DNA of 64,000 nt. It comes from Candidatus Latescibacterota bacterium. Lineage in GTDB: Bacteria; Latescibacterota; UBA2968; GCA-2709665. The stretch is from assembly GCA_963667175.2 (NCBI GenBank), contig CAXXXF010000015.1, forward strand, positions 672,001 through 736,000, given 5' to 3'. The notes beneath the pieces were generated by a model. It was not told where the DNA came from. It ran no database searches and saw only the letters and a list, made by a program, of their open reading frames with translations. Each line of letters starts with the position of its first letter. Positions within the stretch are counted from its first letter, which is position 1. Of this stretch, positions 60,462 to 64,000 are shown in pieces. A program made the position numbers and the translations under genes.

Positions 60462-61688
60462 CTACCACTCCTCCAGCAACACGATGTCCACCTCCGCGCC
60501 GGCGTCGAGCGTCTCCACCTCGGCCTCGACCACGAACAGGCTGTTCGCCCGCGAAAGGGAGAAGAGGTCCGCCGACCCGTGGTGACCCACCCAGCCGCTC
60601 TCCCAGCAGCCGTTCACTTGTTCGGACCTGGCCGGCACGAACTGCTTGCGCCCCGGAGACTGCCGGAACGCCTGCGCCAGCCTGCCCCGTACTATCGGCC
60701 GGTGACACCCCGACATCCGCTGCATCTTTCGAACGGCCGGCCGGACCAGCAGTTCCAGACCCACCACCGCCGAGACGGGATTTCCCGGCAACCCGAAGAC
60801 GAGTTGGTTTCCCCTCGCGCCGAAGGTGAGGGGTTTGCCCGGCTTCATCCGGATCCGATCGAAGTGGATCTCCACGCCGCAATCCCGCATCGCGCCCTGC
60901 ACGAGGTCGTATATACCCGCCGACACGCCACCGGAAAGCAGGACCACGTCGCATTCGTCCAGGCCGCGGGAGATCACGTTCTTCAGGGCGGATTCGTCGT
61001 CTTCCACAATGCCCAGATACCGCGTCTGTGCGCCGGAGCGCAACGCCTGCGCCATCATGGAATACCCGTTGCTGTTCCGGATCTGCCCGGCCGCCGGGCT
61101 GTTTCCGGGTTCCACGATCTCGCTGCCGGTCGCGACCACACCGACGACCGGGCGGCGGTAGACGGGTACGCCGACCACCCCCACCGCCGCAAGGATCCCG
61201 ATTTCCGGGGGGCGGATCCACGTTCCGGCCTCGAGTACCACCTGATCGCGTCTCACGTCTTCCCCGAGGGGCGCGACGTTGCGCCCCGGCTCCGTGGGCG
61301 CCAGCACCCGCACACCCTCTCCGTCCCGCTCGGAAACCGTGTCTTCCACCATCACAACCGTGTCCGCGCCGTCCGGCATCGGCGCGCCCGTCATGATTCG
61401 CGCCGCGTGACCGGGCGAAACCGTCTCCCGCGGGACGGACCCGGCCGGAATTTCTTCGATTACCTCGAGAATGGCGGGATCTTCCCGGCGCGCGTCCGCG
61501 ACGTCGTTGCCCACCACCGCGTACCCGTCCATGGTGGCTTTGTCGAACGGCGGCATGTCGACGTCCGATCGGACGTCCTGCGCCAGCGTACACCCGAGCG
61601 CGTCCATCAGCCCGACGTTTGCAACGTCGATCGGGGACGTATGCCGCAGAACGATGCGGATCGCCTCGTCCATGCTGATCATATCCAT
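60462..61688 (-). CDS. moeA: Molybdopterin molybdotransferase
   Basis: PPFDKATMDGYAV, IMTGAPMP.GAD, TGSE, SGGVSAG, KPGKP, GLPGNPVS. Confidence 0.96.
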   Translation of the reverse strand: MDMISMDEAIRIVLRHTSPIDVANVGLMDALGCTLAQDVRSDVDMPPFDKATMDGYAVVGNDVADARREDPAILEVIEEIPAGSVPRETVSPGHAARIMTGAPMPDGADTVVMVEDTVSERDGEGVRVLAPTEPGRNVAPLGEDVRRDQVVLEAGTWIRPPEIGILAAVGVVGVPVYRRPVVGVVATGSEIVEPGNSPAAGQIRNSNGYSMMAQALRSGAQTRYLGIVEDDESALKNVISRGLDECDVVLLSGGVSAGIYDLVQGAMRDCGVEIHFDRIRMKPGKPLTFGARGNQLVFGLPGNPVSAVVGLELLVRPAVRKMQRMSGCHRPIVRGRLAQAFRQSPGRKQFVPARSEQVNGCWESGWVGHHGSADLFSLSRANSLFVVEAEVETLDAGAEVDIVLLEEW

Positions 61689-61995
61689 CGGTGATCCCTC
61701 CCATTGCGCCTCACGTCAGGTTATGAATATATACAAAGCCGGTTCAAATGTCACTTCCAATTGGAATCCTCCGATTTGCGCAGGACCTGCAGCGAGGCGG
61801 CATCCGGACGCCGCGAACCCAATTCGACGCTAACGTCGTCGTCCGGGGCGCGTGATTTGACATTCCCGGATCGAATGCCTACATTAATTGCGTGCGCAAA
61901 GCGCTGACCGGCGGGACCGTCCTGCGTCTCACCGATTTTGTCCCATTCGTGAATCCGAGTCCCGATCCCATATTCGTCCCGGAGCTCAATATTTC

Positions 61996-62733
61996 ATGAC
62001 AGATACTGACGTCACGACCGCCATCATCACGGGCGCGGGCACCGGCATCGGCCGCGCCATCGCCATCGCTTTTTCCAATGCGGGGATGAATTGCGTCCTG
62101 GCGGGACGCCGCGCCGAAGTCCTCGAAGAAACCGCGGAAGCGGCGCGCAATCCACGGGCGGAGGCGCTTTGCGTTACAGCCGACGTCACGTGCCGGGACT
62201 CGGTAAGCGCCCTCTCCGACCGCACGTTCGAGCGTTTCGGCCGGATCGACGTCCTGGTAAACAACGCCGGCATCAACACGCTGAAGCGCGGTCTGCGAGA
62301 TATATCCGACGAGGACTGGGACCGCGTGGTCGACGTCAATCTCACCGGCGCATTCAACGCGTTCCGGGCCGTGATGCCGCACATGGAGAACCAGGGAGAC
62401 GGTCTGGTTATCAACGTCTCTTCCATGGCCGGGAAACGGTCCGGGATGATCGCGGGTGTCGCGTATTGCGCATCCAAATTCGGCATGGCCGCCCTGAACC
62501 AGTCCATCAACGCCGAGTTCCGAGAGACCGGCATCCGGGCGTGCTGCATCTTTCCCGGAGAGGTCGACACACCCATCCTGGACCTTCGCCCCAACCCCGT
62601 CTCGGACGAGAAACGGGCCGCCGCGCTCCCGCCGGAAGACGTCGCCGCCGCAGCCCTGATGGTCGCCCGACTTCCCGGGCGGGCGATCGTTGAGGAGATC
62701 ACGATCTTCCCGAGACGGGTCGTCGCAAAGTAG
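61996..62733 (+). CDS. SDR family oxidoreductase
   Basis: TGAGTGIG, DVLVNNAG, YCASK; ATG 61996 preceded by GGAG. Confidence 0.93.
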   Translation: MTDTDVTTAIITGAGTGIGRAIAIAFSNAGMNCVLAGRRAEVLEETAEAARNPRAEALCVTADVTCRDSVSALSDRTFERFGRIDVLVNNAGINTLKRGLRDISDEDWDRVVDVNLTGAFNAFRAVMPHMENQGDGLVINVSSMAGKRSGMIAGVAYCASKFGMAALNQSINAEFRETGIRACCIFPGEVDTPILDLRPNPVSDEKRAAALPPEDVAAAALMVARLPGRAIVEEITIFPRRVVAK

Positions 62734-63043
62734 GGCGTTACCAGCCCGTTGAAAAAGCCCATCCGGGCTGCGTCCGGCCCTTGTGGCCGAATGACGGCGT
62801 TGCGCTCCCTCCCCGAATCCAGGGATTCGCGTCGGTTGCGCGCCTTGTCCTCGGCCACAATGACTCGGTCTCGCCTGCAGAGCGACTTTTCCAACGGACT
62901 GTTATGGGCAGATTGGACGCCGCGCCCGGGCACTCCCGCCGCCGCGCCGGGACAATCTCCTTGTCTGCTTCTCGGAATTTTGTTACATTTCTGTAACATA
63001 CAATAATATAAGATGTTTATATCTGAAGAAGGGTAAGGCGCCA

Positions 63044-64000
63044 GTGAAGAGCGAAATTTTCATCAATGTAGGGTCTCACGAGTCTCGAATCGCTGTTCTG
63101 GAAGATGGAAAGCTGGTTGAAATTCTCGTCGAATGCGCCGAAAACGAGCGCATGGTCGGCGACGTCTACAAGGGAACCGTAACATCGGTACTCCCGGGCA
63201 TGCAGGCTGCCTTTGTGGAAATCGGCCTGGAAAAGAGCGCTTTTCTTCACGCCTCCGATATGCCCGGGTCGCCCGGGTCCATGGTGGGGCTGGACGAAGA
63301 AACCCTCGAGGAAATCGACGCGCGGACCAAGGTCAACGGAAAATCGGTCATTCCCATAGAAGGCCTCATCCAGAAGGGGCAGGAGGTTCTGGTTCAGGTC
63401 AAGAAAGAACCCATTGGCACGAAGGGGCCCAGGGTAACCGCGGTGCCCTCCCTGGCCGGGCGGTTCATGGTGCTGGTACCCAACGGGGAGAAGGTGGGTG
63501 TTTCGCGGAAGATCACCAACATGTCGGAAAAACGCAGGCTGAAGGACCTCGGCCGCGACATTCGTCCCGACGGATATGGGATCATTGTGCGGACCGAAGC
63601 CTCCGGCAAGGGCGACCGGGAAATGATGCGTGACCTGAAGCAACTGATGAACGTCTGGTCGCGCATCCAGAAACAGTTCCGAGTCGCCGACCCTGCCAGC
63701 ATTCTGCACAAAGAAATGGGCATGACGTCGAGTCTCATACGCGACCTGTTTACCGACGACGTGGACCGCCTGGTGGTCGACGCAAAACAGGAATACAAGA
63801 AGATCCTGGCCTATCTCAAATTCACTTCGCCCCACCTCCGCGAACGGGTGGAATACCACAGAGACAGCACGCCCGTCTTCGACGCCTTCGGGATCGAACG
63901 CGAAATAGAGAAATGCTCCGAGCGTAAAGTCTGGTTGAAGGGCGGCGGCTACCTGGTTCTGGACCACACCGAGGCCCTGTTCGCCATCGACGTGAACAGC
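63044..64000 (+). CDS. rng: RNase E/G family ribonuclease (runs off the window end; absent from the ORF track)
   Basis: Translated by hand from GTG 63044: RIAVLEDG.LVE, VGDVYKG.V..VLPGMQAAFVEIG, VQVKKEPIGTKGPR, L.GGGYLV.D.TEAL..IDVN. Confidence 0.93.
   Translation, partial: MKSEIFINVGSHESRIAVLEDGKLVEILVECAENERMVGDVYKGTVTSVLPGMQAAFVEIGLEKSAFLHASDMPGSPGSMVGLDEETLEEIDARTKVNGKSVIPIEGLIQKGQEVLVQVKKEPIGTKGPRVTAVPSLAGRFMVLVPNGEKVGVSRKITNMSEKRRLKDLGRDIRPDGYGIIVRTEASGKGDREMMRDLKQLMNVWSRIQKQFRVADPASILHKEMGMTSSLIRDLFTDDVDRLVVDAKQEYKKILAYLKFTSPHLRERVEYHRDSTPVFDAFGIEREIEKCSERKVWLKGGGYLVLDHTEALFAIDVNS

Overview
Bacterial chromosomal window (GC-rich host, probably diderm; taxon not determinable from sequence alone). 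Housekeeping genes sit at both ends: serS, hemY/hemH/hemE, clpP and sat on the left; tRNA-Lys(CTT), moaC, moeA, an SDR and a partial rng on the right. Between them lie two defence islands separated by a short block (outer-membrane barrel protein, MFS transporter, ion channel). Island 1 (~7.0-21.0 kb) carries an SspA/BCD-like single-strand DNA phosphorothioation (PT) module followed by a GIY-YIG nuclease/DGQHR pair and a GHKL ATPase, with no SspE or SspFGH. Island 2 (~27.2-59.6 kb, next to the 3' end of tRNA-Lys) is a type I RM locus (hsdM...hsdS...hsdR, with HsdR fused to a Schlafen/AlbA_2 domain). Nested in it are a second sspABCD-like operon tightly coupled to a MORC-like GHKL-histidine kinase and a receiver-domain protein, a REase-TPR-GreAB-PIN protein, two AbiE type IV TA pairs, Fic and HigA. 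Next to it are a group II intron, VapBC, HicB and several TA remnants. The best candidates for an undescribed system are the two Ssp-like PT modules with non-canonical partner genes, followed by the HsdR-Schlafen fusion. All calls come from motif reading by eye; no database searches were run.
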